64,000 bases of DNA from Thermoplasmatota archaeon (GCA_029259055.1 JAPDJP010000016.1:13019-77018), one strand, 5' to 3'; counted from the first letter of the stretch, positions 20,738 to 30,214 are shown. Made by a program: numbers and translations. The notes: generated by a model not told the origin, from the sequence alone.

Positions 20738-21241
20738 TTCCTTCATCTTGTTCAGAACTTTTTCAACACTTTCATCAACACTTTCTTTATCAGTTTCAAC
20801 AATTACCTCTGGATTTTCTGGTTCTTCATAGGGGTCATCTATCCCAGTGAAATTTTTTATTTCGCCATTTAGAGCCTTTTTATACATTCCTTTTACATCT
20901 CTTTCTATACATACTTCAAGAGGAGTTTTTACATATACTTCCATAAAATCTTTGCATATTGAACGGGCAAAATCTCTGTTCTCTCTATACGGGCTGACAA
21001 AACTACATAAAACAATAACTCCTCTTTCAGATAACAATTTTGCCATTAATGCAATATATCTCAGATGCTTGTTTCTTCCTTCCTTTGAAAAATCTGTATT
21101 TCTAATATAATTTCTAACAGTATCGCCATCAAGTAGCTCAACATCCTTTCCTTTTTCCCTTAATATTTCCATTAATTTTTTTGCTATTGTCGTTTTTCCA
21201 GAGCATGGCAAACCAGTAAACCATATAGTTACACCCCTCAT
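20723..21241 (-). CDS. cysC: Adenylyl-sulfate kinase
   Basis: WFTGLPCSGKTT, LDGD, SPYR, RDVKGMYKKA, FTGIDDPYEEP. Confidence 0.96.
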   Translation of the reverse strand: MRGVTIWFTGLPCSGKTTIAKKLMEILREKGKDVELLDGDTVRNYIRNTDFSKEGRNKHLRYIALMAKLLSERGVIVLCSFVSPYRENRDFARSICKDFMEVYVKTPLEVCIERDVKGMYKKALNGEIKNFTGIDDPYEEPENPEVIVETDKESVDESVEKVLNKMKELGYI

Positions 21242-22599
21242 TTTATCACCCTTCCTTCCATATGTAATGGAACTTTAATACCAAATTCATTCAATAAAGT
21301 TGGAGCGAAATCATATATGCTGACTCTATCTAAAATTTTTGGCGTATGAGGATACTTAACAAATATGCCATATTTTGAATGGACCGCATCATCTGGTCCC
21401 GTGTCATTCCTTTCTAAATGTATTTTATTATGTCCTATTGTACCCGCAGACCGCCAATACAAATCATCGAAATATACCATTAAATCCGGAGGGTCTCCTC
21501 TACATTCTGGATATAGTTTCTCTGGCAAGAAAACCTTATTATCCATTTTATTGCCTTTATCATCCTCAACCTTAGAAAGCTCTTTTGCAAGCTCTTTTCT
21601 AACTTCTTCATATTCCTCTTTTTTTATCGCTCCATATTTTTCTCTATCCTTCACGTTTATAAAAACCCTCGCATAATATCCTCCCCATCCCCAAGCGATT
21701 GTTTTATCCCAAGCAACATTAACTCTATCTATACTTCTTATTCCATTTGGCTTCTCTTTTAAAACAAGCCATTCATTTTCAATGAGCCATTCATTTATAC
21801 AAAAAGCTCCTTTCATTCTTTTTGCTCCATGGTCAGATACTATGAAAATTGAAGCATCATCAATCAATTTCAAATACTCGCCTAAATTTCTATCAAGCAA
21901 TTTATAATAATCCCTTATGACATTTTTGAAGGGAGAATTTTCTTCATATAAATGGTGATTTTTATCAAAATATCTCCAAAAAGCGTGTTGAACTCTATCA
22001 AGTCCTATTTCCACAAACCAAAATAAATCCCAATCTTTATTCTGCATTAAATATTTAATGATTTCATGTCTTATCTCAGTCATTTCCCATAAATTTTTGA
22101 CTAATTCCTCCTTCTCATCAGTTCTAAATTCAACATCAAAAATATATTCCCCAACTTCTTTTTCAATTTCTTTTTTTAATTCTTCTGGATACGTATATGG
22201 TTTATTTTTATCTGGAGTTATAAAACATGATATCAGCCAACCATTAAGAGGCAGGGGAGGATATGAAGGAGGTATTCCAATTATACAGCTTTTAAAACCG
22301 TGTTTTGCCAATATGTCCCAAACTTTGGGATATTTCTTAAATTTTGTAGAATTTGCAATCCAAATGTCATTATAACTATTTTCCTTTCTGTGTCTGAATC
22401 CATATATACCATGTCTTCCTGGATTTACGCTTGTTGCCATTACCATCCATGCTGGTATAGTGATAGGTGGGTCACAACTTTCCATAGGCGCATATAAGGA
22501 ATTCCTTAGCAATTTTCTAAAATTTGGCAAATCATCTATAAATTTATTAAAAACCAATTCAGGTGTGGCACAATCCCAACCTAATACTAATGCCTTCAT
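21238..22599 (-). CDS. Cytoplasmic alkaline-phosphatase-superfamily (NPP-type) enzyme
   Basis: GWDCA, PPITIPAW (Thr nucleophile), DRVQH, SDHG, DDAVH; no signal peptide. Confidence 0.88.
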   Translation of the reverse strand: MKALVLGWDCATPELVFNKFIDDLPNFRKLLRNSLYAPMESCDPPITIPAWMVMATSVNPGRHGIYGFRHRKENSYNDIWIANSTKFKKYPKVWDILAKHGFKSCIIGIPPSYPPLPLNGWLISCFITPDKNKPYTYPEELKKEIEKEVGEYIFDVEFRTDEKEELVKNLWEMTEIRHEIIKYLMQNKDWDLFWFVEIGLDRVQHAFWRYFDKNHHLYEENSPFKNVIRDYYKLLDRNLGEYLKLIDDASIFIVSDHGAKRMKGAFCINEWLIENEWLVLKEKPNGIRSIDRVNVAWDKTIAWGWGGYYARVFINVKDREKYGAIKKEEYEEVRKELAKELSKVEDDKGNKMDNKVFLPEKLYPECRGDPPDLMVYFDDLYWRSAGTIGHNKIHLERNDTGPDDAVHSKYGIFVKYPHTPKILDRVSIYDFAPTLLNEFGIKVPLHMEGRVIK

Positions 22600-23537
22600 T
22601 TTTTTCCTCCTAATTCATTTAGAATAATTTTTATGAAATCCTCGCATTCATCCTTTGGAACAATAGCTCCCATAACATTTTTCTTTCCACCAGCAATATA
22701 TCCTCTTTTTTTAGCAGTATCAATTAAAAATGAAACATTATTACCTCTGACATATAACTGACAATCATTATCAAAATATCCCCAATTTACTACAATAACA
22801 TAATCATTTTTTTCCCACAATTTTCTGGCAATAGTAGATATTATATTGTATTTACAATCCATTTCTTTTATAAGTATATTACCCACTTTTTTTCCTTCTT
22901 CAGATAAAATTTTTTCTATTTCATTTTCTATCTTCATTTTATTTTCTATCCATTTTCTATTTTCCAGTATTTCTTCCTTGTTTACTCCTCTTGAAAGAAA
23001 ACGAACGGCATTTTTTATTTCATTAACATCTCCTACTTTATAATTTGAATCAATTAAACTAACCATCTCCAACATTTCTTCAAATTTTATCCTGTTCTTT
23101 TCTATAAATTTTTTAAGTTTCTCATAAAAACGAGTTTTTAAAATTCTCCTTTCCCAATCTCCAACTACTCCTAAAAAAGCTAATAAGTTCTCTTTATTTC
23201 CCAGATATTCATTTACAACCCATGAAGCAGAAGGATATTTTTCTTCATCCTCTCCTTCTATAATAGGATTTATATATTCTATGCCCTCCACTTTCTCCAC
23301 TAAATGATGGTCAAAAACTTTTATTTTCAATTTATATTCCATTAACTTTTTTAGGCTGTCTGTATGCAATGCTAAATCCACAATATATATCTCATCAAAC
23401 TTATCCTTTATTTTTTCTATTTCATCATCTGTTAAAAAATAATTTCCTATTTTTGGAGTCATCAATTCATGTCCATTGTAAAGAAGAGCTGCAGAACATA
23501 TGCCATCTGCATCCCAATGATGTATGATTAGAGACAT
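22596..23537 (-). CDS. DHH-family phosphoesterase (probable PAP phosphatase)
   Basis: HHWDADG, VDL, FDHH, GVVGD; start reassigned to ATG 23537 adjacent to the sat stop. Confidence 0.8.
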   Translation of the reverse strand: MSLIIHHWDADGICSAALLYNGHELMTPKIGNYFLTDDEIEKIKDKFDEIYIVDLALHTDSLKKLMEYKLKIKVFDHHLVEKVEGIEYINPIIEGEDEEKYPSASWVVNEYLGNKENLLAFLGVVGDWERRILKTRFYEKLKKFIEKNRIKFEEMLEMVSLIDSNYKVGDVNEIKNAVRFLSRGVNKEEILENRKWIENKMKIENEIEKILSEEGKKVGNILIKEMDCKYNIISTIARKLWEKNDYVIVVNWGYFDNDCQLYVRGNNVSFLIDTAKKRGYIAGGKKNVMGAIVPKDECEDFIKIILNELGGKK

Positions 23538-23538
23538 A

Positions 23539-24663
23539 CTAATCAACAAAAGGATTATCATAACTCATTACTATTTCGGCAACTTCTTTTCGCATCATGT
23601 TTTCTGGAGGAACTTCACCAGCCCTAATCATTTTTCTTATTGCTGTTCCACTATAATAAATATGATATTCATTTTCGTGAGGACATATCTTTTCGTTTAC
23701 AACATGTCCACATTTTTTACAATAAAAGAAGGATTTAAAGAAAATAGGCGTTATTCCTAAATCTGGAAATTCTTTGAATATATCATGAGCTTCATATGGT
23801 TTATAATAGTTACCAACTCCCGCATGATCTCTACCAACTATAAAATGTGTACAACCAAAATTTTTTCTCATAATTGCATGGAAAATAGCTTCTCTTGGTC
23901 CAGCATATCTCATTTCTGTTCTCAATATAGACAAAACAGCTCTATCTTTAAGATAATAATGCTTAATTAAGGCATCATATGCCTTGATTATCACTTCATC
24001 TTTAAAATCCCCTTTCTTTTTCTTCCCTATAATTGGATTTATAAATATGCCATCTACAAATGTTAAAGCTGTTTTTTGAACATATTCATGTCCCAAATGA
24101 GGCACATTTCTTGTTTGAAAAGCTACAATTTCTTTCCATCCCTTTTCTTTAAAAAGAATCCTTGTTTCATGTGGCATTAGATGATATTCTTCAAACTCTT
24201 CATCGCCTCGTTTAACCAGTTCGATTTTCCCTCCCGCCAGCTTGCTGCCCATTTCCATAATTTTTTTAACGCCGGGATGCTGGACATCTGTTGTTTTAAA
24301 AACTTTTTCAGCATATTCTTTTTTGTCATAGCCATATATTTCCTCAATTTCAAAAGTTGCGACCATGCCATTTTTTGCAAATAGCACAATTTCGTCTCCT
24401 TCTTTTAGCTCCATATTTTTTAAATCGAAAACAATTGGAATAGTCCATGGCAAATCATTGGAAAGGCGCATATTGTAGAGGACATTTTCAAAATCTTCTC
24501 TACAGAGAAATCCCTCTAATGGAGAAAAAACACCATATGCAATATTTTCGATATCATGAGCTAAATCATTGCTTATTTCAATTCTTTCCATTCCATCAAT
24601 GTTTTTTTCTTCATTTACCCTATAAATTAATTTCCCGCCATGTGGAGCAGGTAACCTATTCAT
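23539..24663 (-). CDS. sat: Sulfate adenylyltransferase (ATP sulfurylase)
   Basis: PHGGKL, FSPLEGF, FQTRNVPHLGHE, MRYAGPREA, GRDHAGVG. Confidence 0.97.
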   Translation of the reverse strand: MNRLPAPHGGKLIYRVNEEKNIDGMERIEISNDLAHDIENIAYGVFSPLEGFLCREDFENVLYNMRLSNDLPWTIPIVFDLKNMELKEGDEIVLFAKNGMVATFEIEEIYGYDKKEYAEKVFKTTDVQHPGVKKIMEMGSKLAGGKIELVKRGDEEFEEYHLMPHETRILFKEKGWKEIVAFQTRNVPHLGHEYVQKTALTFVDGIFINPIIGKKKKGDFKDEVIIKAYDALIKHYYLKDRAVLSILRTEMRYAGPREAIFHAIMRKNFGCTHFIVGRDHAGVGNYYKPYEAHDIFKEFPDLGITPIFFKSFFYCKKCGHVVNEKICPHENEYHIYYSGTAIRKMIRAGEVPPENMMRKEVAEIVMSYDNPFVD

Positions 24664-24670
24664 TTTATCA

Positions 24671-24901
24671 TCAATCCAGATAGCCCAATGCTCTCAATCT
24701 TTCCTTTATTTTTTCTTCATCTTCCTTGCTGAATACCTCCTCTTTTTCTTCCTCTTCCATGCTTGCTAGTAATTCCCTTAGAACATATGTTACGTAGCTT
24801 GATATGGATGTGAAGCCAGTTCCTTCTATTCTTTTTTTAATTTTTTCCGCTAACGGAGTTGGTATCGAAACGGTTGTATATTTTCCCTTTTCCTCAGTCA
24901 T
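24671..24901 (-). CDS. CopG/ribbon-helix-helix protein with acidic linker and RLRALGYLD tail
   Basis: [25 protein letters not shown]; start at ATG 24901. Confidence 0.85.
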   Translation of the reverse strand: MTEEKGKYTTVSIPTPLAEKIKKRIEGTGFTSISSYVTYVLRELLASMEEEEKEEVFSKEDEEKIKERLRALGYLD

Positions 24902-24992
24902 ATTCTTGTAATTAAATATTATTATAAAAATTTTATTAATAGATGTTATCACGGAACAGCAAAAAATTGAAAAAGAGATTTGTTTTCATAAT

Positions 24993-25400
24993 GTGCTCAT
25001 CAGAAAATGCAGGAAAGAAGATTTGGAGGAAATTTATAGAATAGAAAGAATGTCCTTTAAATATCCATATCCAACTTTTGTTTTTCATGAATATTTAGAT
25101 AAATTGTTCTTTGTTATCGAGGAAAACAGGAAAATCATTGGATATGTTATAGCTGATGAAGAAAGAAATTTAATTGTTTCAATAGCCATTCATCCAGATT
25201 ATAGAAGAAAAGGATATGGGAAAATGCTGATGAAGCATGTTTTGAGATTCATGAAAGGAGAAGTTGTTTTACAAGTAAGGAAAAGCAATGAAATTGCCAT
25301 TAACTTTTATAAAAAATTAGGTTTCGAAGAAAAAACAGAATTAAGGAGATATTATATTGATGGAGAAGATGCAATTTTGATGGCTAAGAAGATAGATTGA
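24993..25400 (+). CDS. rimI: RimI/Ard1-like N-acetyltransferase (GNAT)
   Basis: SIAIHPDYRRKGYG, LQVRKSN..A..FY, YY.DGEDA. Confidence 0.88.
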   Translation: MLIRKCRKEDLEEIYRIERMSFKYPYPTFVFHEYLDKLFFVIEENRKIIGYVIADEERNLIVSIAIHPDYRRKGYGKMLMKHVLRFMKGEVVLQVRKSNEIAINFYKKLGFEEKTELRRYYIDGEDAILMAKKID

Positions 25401-25704
25401 TAATTGCTTGGGCAATGTCTCCGTTTGCTTCTTCCAAAGCTTTCCTTGCTTCTTCCTTACTTTTCCCAGTTTTTTCAGCAACTAACTCCACATCTTCCTC
25501 TCTTATTTTCATTTTTATTTCAGGCTTACCCACAATTTGATATGTTTTTTGCCCTTTCATTTCCAATATACTTACCATGGGATTTGTAAAAATGTATTGT
25601 TTGTCTCCAGTTTCAATTATAACCTTCTCAGCTTTTAATTCTTTTATATTTATTCCCATTTTTTTCATTGCAAGACGGATTTGTTTATCATCAAATGGAA
25701 GCAT
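25384..25704 (-). CDS. nac: Archaeal nascent polypeptide-associated complex protein
   Basis: MKKMGI..TYQIVG NAC domain plus UBA-like EDVELVA..GDIAQAI. Confidence 0.92.
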   Translation of the reverse strand: MLPFDDKQIRLAMKKMGINIKELKAEKVIIETGDKQYIFTNPMVSILEMKGQKTYQIVGKPEIKMKIREEDVELVAEKTGKSKEEARKALEEANGDIAQAIINLSS

Positions 25705-25761
25705 AAGAATAAATAAACAAGGTTTAATAAAGATTATTTATAAAAAAGCATTCAGAAAAAT

Positions 25762-27159
25762 ATGGAAACGCATGTGCTAGATAGAAATGCAGAATTTTTA
25801 GGCGTTGAAACAGAACAATTAATGGAAAATGCTGGAAGAATTGTTGCAGAAGAAGCTAAAAAATTGCCATATAAAAAGTGGCTTATTTTATGTGGCGGTG
25901 GAAATAATGGGGGGGATGGGTATGTTTGCGCTCGCTATTTAAAAAATTGTGTTGTTATAGCTGTATCCAAACCAAAAACAAGGCTTGCGATGAAAAATTA
26001 TAGAAGAGCAAAATCAGTTGGAATAAAAATATATGGCGGAGATAAATTTGAAGAGCTATTAAATGAATGCGATGCCATTATAGATGCAATGCTTGGAGTT
26101 GGAATAAAAGGACAGTTGAGGGAGCCGTATAAAGGCATCGTGGAAACATTGAATAAATCCAGAAAATTTATTTTATCAATAGATGTTCCAACTGGATTTG
26201 GATGTGATATTTCCTTAAAGCCGAATATGACAGTAACTTTCCACTTTATAAAGGAAGGAATGAATGAAGAAAATTGCGGAAAAATTATTCTAGCAGATAT
26301 TGGCATACCAAAAGAAGCCGAAGAATATGTATTGCCTGGTGAATTTTTATATTATCCAAAGCCAAGAAAGGAGAGCCATAAAGGAGAAAATGGTATTGTC
26401 GCTATAATTGGAGGAGGCCCTTACACAGGAGCCCCCGCTTTAGCTGGACTAGCCGCCTTAAGGACAGGGTGCGATTTGGTATATATATGTTGTCCATCTC
26501 CAACTTGGCAGGTTATTGCATCTTTTTCTCCAAACCTAATTGTTAGGAGAATGCACAGCGATATTTTTACTCCAGCAGATATTAAGGAAATTGAAGAAAT
26601 TGTTGGTAAGGCAGATGCTATTTTAGTGGGGCCAGGTTTAGGAAGAAAAGAAATAACTAAAGATGCTTGTAAAATTTTGATTGAAAAATATGTAGATGAA
26701 AAATATTTTGTAGTTGATGCTGATGCGATTGAAACAATAAATTTTGACTGTAAAGGAAACGTTATTATTACGCCGCACGCTGGAGAATTTAAGAAATTAA
26801 CAGGAATAAATTTACCAAATGATTTAGAAAAAAGGAAAGAAATTGTAAAAAATGAAGCAAAGAAAAGAAATGCGGTTATTTTGCTTAAAGGATTTATAGA
26901 TATAATAAGTGATGGTAATAGAGTTAAAATAAATAGAATTCACAATGAAGGAATGACTGTAGGAGGAACAGGAGATGTTTTAGCTGGAATAACAGTTGCT
27001 TTATTAGCAAAGAAAGTTGAACCATTTCATGCAGCTTGTATGGCAGCTTTAATAAATGGAATGGCAGGAAATACCGCGTTTGAAGAAAAAAGTTACGGAA
27101 TGCTCGCGAGCGATATTATAGAGAAAATACCAGAAGTAATAAAAGAATATGTTGAATAA
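25762..27159 (+). CDS. nnr: Bifunctional NAD(P)H-hydrate epimerase/dehydratase (NnrE-NnrD)
   Basis: LMENAG, GNNGGDG, D.PTG, HKG.NG, TPHAGEF, GGTGDVLAG. Confidence 0.95.
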   Translation: METHVLDRNAEFLGVETEQLMENAGRIVAEEAKKLPYKKWLILCGGGNNGGDGYVCARYLKNCVVIAVSKPKTRLAMKNYRRAKSVGIKIYGGDKFEELLNECDAIIDAMLGVGIKGQLREPYKGIVETLNKSRKFILSIDVPTGFGCDISLKPNMTVTFHFIKEGMNEENCGKIILADIGIPKEAEEYVLPGEFLYYPKPRKESHKGENGIVAIIGGGPYTGAPALAGLAALRTGCDLVYICCPSPTWQVIASFSPNLIVRRMHSDIFTPADIKEIEEIVGKADAILVGPGLGRKEITKDACKILIEKYVDEKYFVVDADAIETINFDCKGNVIITPHAGEFKKLTGINLPNDLEKRKEIVKNEAKKRNAVILLKGFIDIISDGNRVKINRIHNEGMTVGGTGDVLAGITVALLAKKVEPFHAACMAALINGMAGNTAFEEKSYGMLASDIIEKIPEVIKEYVE

Positions 27160-27214
27160 ATTTTATATACCACTAGAATATTATAGTAAATCACAATAAT
27201 ATTAAGGTGATTTA

Positions 27215-27547
27215 ATGTGTAAGGATATTCCTTGTAAGCCTCCAGATAATATTCCTCAAAAATGGCTTAAACTCCGTAATTTTGTTAAAGCCCTCCGTTT
27301 TCCAACGAGATGGTTAATAATCAGATATATTGGTGATGGAAGCAAAAGCACAAAAGAAATTTATGAATATTTGCTTCAAAGAGGAGAGCGAATAACAAAA
27401 TCAGGATTATATTATCATCTTTCTGAACTTAAAAATGCTGGAATAATAGAAGTTGCTGGATATATAGAAGAAGGAGGAGGAGCACCAGAAAAGGTATGGA
27501 AATTAAAAACGAAAAAAATTGTAATTGATTTGATTGAAGGTGATTAA
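27215..27547 (+). CDS. ArsR-like winged-helix regulator
   Basis: KALRFPTRW..LYYHLSEL..AGII; two N-terminal Cys. Confidence 0.8.
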   Translation: MCKDIPCKPPDNIPQKWLKLRNFVKALRFPTRWLIIRYIGDGSKSTKEIYEYLLQRGERITKSGLYYHLSELKNAGIIEVAGYIEEGGGAPEKVWKLKTKKIVIDLIEGD

Positions 27548-27892
27548 ATGAATGCAATAATTATAAATATTATAGCCATCACCGCCTTTTTAATAGCTTT
27601 TGTAAAGGATAGGAAAAAGCAATCTGGAATAAAAGGAATATTATTTATTGGCGTAGTAGGGGCGGTAACGCATATTCCAGCTTTATTATCATTTCCTATA
27701 GCAGCATCATTGCTTGAGGAAGGCGCATCAGTTAGTGCTGTTACCGCTTTTATTACCACGTTAACCATGATCGGAATAGTTACACTACCTATTGAAATAA
27801 AAGAAATTGGAGGAAAGATTGCAATCCTTAGAAATGGATTGAGTTTCATTATTGCAATTATTATTGCTCTTATAATGGGGGCAATATTATGA
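27548..27892 (+). pseudogene. DUF318/ArsP-like permease subunit with apparent internal deletion
   Basis: KDRKK joins directly to QSGIKG, apparently lacking a TM segment seen in roughly 160-aa relatives (from memory); FPIAASLL..G and TLP.E motifs. Confidence 0.55.
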
Positions 27893-28363
27893 AAAGCATG
27901 ATTAGAGATTGGATTTTATTAGTAATAATTTTTGTAATTTCCAGATAAAAAAGAAGCAATTGTTCACACATCATGGAATTTTTTTATTGAGATGGTTATA
28001 ATACTTCCTGCAGTAATGGTAATATTGGGTCTTTTTGCAATATGGGTGCCTAAAGATATTGTTGTAAAACTTCTTGGAAAAGCATCTGGTATAAAAGGAA
28101 TTTTCTTGGCAATAATGCTTGGAGCACTACCCACCGGCCCACTATATATTGCATTTCCGATGGCTACCGCTTTACTTAAAAAAGGTGCTAAAATATCAAA
28201 TGTTATTATTTTTCTATCTTCTTGGGCTTGTATAAAGGCGCCTCAAGAATTAGTAGAATTCCAGTTTATGGGATTACAATTTATGCTTTTAAGGCTTATT
28301 TTAACAATTATTTTTGTGGTTATTATGGGGTTATTTATAGAGAAAATTTATGATAAGATATAA
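27889..28363 (+). pseudogene. Second DUF318-like permease subunit, frameshifted near the N-terminus
   Basis: ATG 27889 (ATGA-coupled) MKSMIRDW.. stops at 27948; another frame continues FPDKKEAI..EMVIILP..GPLYIAFP..SWACIK.P. Confidence 0.65.
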
Positions 28364-28366
28364 ACA

Positions 28367-29362
28367 CTATATAGGAGTAGCCCAGCTTTCATTATCCTTA
28401 TATATTGCTTCCCCTAGCTTGGCATCTCCCTTTATCAATGGCATAGGCTCTTTTATTGCTTCTATTCTATATAAGGCTGATTTATACCAGTTGTAATCGC
28501 TTTTTGTCTTTAATTTTTTAACGATGGGCAATTTATCTTGAAATCGGAAAAAATTGCTACCATCATCAGGATAAACTTGAAATTGCCTCCTTATATCTGT
28601 TATAACAAATCCCATCTTATGAATCATTTTTTGTATTTCGTACCATTTTTTACGGGAAGCTTCTAAAGTTGTTAATCCAAAATAACCAGCACATCCAATT
28701 CCTTTTAAAGTTGAAACAGCTCTAGATAAAAATAACTTTATGCCTGGTAATGTTTCAACTGGATCTGTAACGAAAACATCAAATTTTTTCGAAAATTTTT
28801 TATTTTCATATTGAAAATCCTGGACATAAGCTTCGATATTAAGTCCATATTTTTTTGCCATATTATTTATAAAATTTATCAATCTTTCATCTATATCAAC
28901 TGCAACAACATTTTTAGGAAATCCAGTCAAAGCTAGAGCAATGCTGAATAAATCGTCATCTCCCGCAACAAATATGCTTCCATAAACATCTCCCCTTTCT
29001 ACCATAAAAGATAATTTTCTAAGAATTGCGTTTGTTCCAATATATCCTTGGTCGTATTTTTCAATGGGCTTGGGGCGATTCCTTATTATTTTTTCATAAT
29101 CCTTTTTTATTTTCATAAAAATTTTATAACCTGTTCCCTCACAAATTTTACATTTATGTTCTTTAAAATCAAATTTAAATTTCTTACCTTTTGGTGTTAA
29201 TTCAACGACTCCATCTTTTATATTAATTAATCCTTCCTTCTTTAATTCTTGCAACTTGTTAAAAAATTCAGGCAATGAAGCATCCTGAAAATCAATAATT
29301 TTCCATATAGATGCTTTACCAGCATGAAGGATAGAGAGGATTTGTTTCTTTATTCTATCCAC
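28367..29362 (-). CDS. bpsA: N4-bis(aminopropyl)spermidine synthase (branched-chain polyamine synthase)
   Basis: YDQG, GDDDL, DIDERL, TDPVET, KW.EIQ; adjacent to speD. Confidence 0.9.
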   Translation of the reverse strand: MDRIKKQILSILHAGKASIWKIIDFQDASLPEFFNKLQELKKEGLINIKDGVVELTPKGKKFKFDFKEHKCKICEGTGYKIFMKIKKDYEKIIRNRPKPIEKYDQGYIGTNAILRKLSFMVERGDVYGSIFVAGDDDLFSIALALTGFPKNVVAVDIDERLINFINNMAKKYGLNIEAYVQDFQYENKKFSKKFDVFVTDPVETLPGIKLFLSRAVSTLKGIGCAGYFGLTTLEASRKKWYEIQKMIHKMGFVITDIRRQFQVYPDDGSNFFRFQDKLPIVKKLKTKSDYNWYKSALYRIEAIKEPMPLIKGDAKLGEAIYKDNESWATPI

Positions 29363-29363
29363 T

Positions 29364-29705
29364 CTATCCCCTATCTAATATATAATGCTTATAATTTTTT
29401 GGTTTTAAATATTTAATAAACGCATCAAAAGCTTTGTGCGCCTGCTGGGGGTCGCCACAAGTGAAAATGTCCAAATTAACAAGTTCATACTCAGGCCAAG
29501 TATGTATTGAAATATGTGATTCAGAGATTAAAATTATACCAGTTACTCCATGGGGGTTGAATTGCTTATAAAGAGAGCCAACTACCTCTACCTTTGCCTC
29601 CTCAATTACTTTTTCCATTATTTGCCTTACTTGTTCCTCCTTAGAAATTAAATCCTTTGACACGCCGTATAACTCAGCTATTATATGTCTACCTAATACT
29701 TTCAT
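29364..29705 (-). CDS. speD: S-adenosylmethionine decarboxylase proenzyme
   Basis: LGRHIIAELYG, F.PHGVTG, SESHISIHTWPE, DIFTCG; ATG 29705 with AGGTGA SD. Confidence 0.93.
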   Translation of the reverse strand: MKVLGRHIIAELYGVSKDLISKEEQVRQIMEKVIEEAKVEVVGSLYKQFNPHGVTGIILISESHISIHTWPEYELVNLDIFTCGDPQQAHKAFDAFIKYLKPKNYKHYILDRG

Positions 29706-29804
29706 TGTTATCACCTCTGGGGGTGAGTTTCTGTAGTTTCAAAATTTTTTCTTTGTGGACAACCCCCGAATTTTTGTAAATATACTTTCTATTTAAATTT
29801 TTCG
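29706..29804 (-). promoter_or_regulatory. speD promoter (BRE-TATA) and structured 5' leader
   Basis: CGAAAAA-TTTAAATA (TATA 29797-29790); leader GGGGGU...ACCCCC stem; SD AGGUGA 29716-29711. Confidence 0.65.
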
Positions 29805-29827
29805 CTGGATGCTGGATCTAAAATACC

Positions 29828-30214
29828 CTACTTATGATAAGAAATACCTTTAATTATTGTTATAGCCCTATAAATTTGCTCGAGTAAAATAACTCTACAT
29901 AATTGATATGGAAAAGTCATTTTTGAAAGAGATAAAATAAAATCTGCATCTTCCATTTCTTTAAATCCTTCCCACCCACCGATATAAAATCCTATTTTTT
30001 TATAATTTAATAATAGATTTTTTAAAAATCTCGCAAATTCAAAAGAAGTCATTTCCTTTCCTTTTTCATCCAAATAGATTTTATAATCACAATCTACAAC
30101 CTTATCTTCAAAAATTTCTATTTTAACGAACTTATTTATCCTCTTTTTATATTCTTCCACAGCATCTTTATAAAACTTTTCTTTTAGCTTACCACTACAA
30201 ACTATTTTTAGCAT
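29828..30214 (-). CDS. rlmH: RlmH-like SPOUT methyltransferase
   Basis: GKLKE..EY.KRI, LDEKG..TS..FA, IGG..G, SLSKMTFP, L.EQIYRA..YHK. Confidence 0.9.
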   Translation of the reverse strand: MLKIVCSGKLKEKFYKDAVEEYKKRINKFVKIEIFEDKVVDCDYKIYLDEKGKEMTSFEFARFLKNLLLNYKKIGFYIGGWEGFKEMEDADFILSLSKMTFPYQLCRVILLEQIYRAITIIKGISYHK

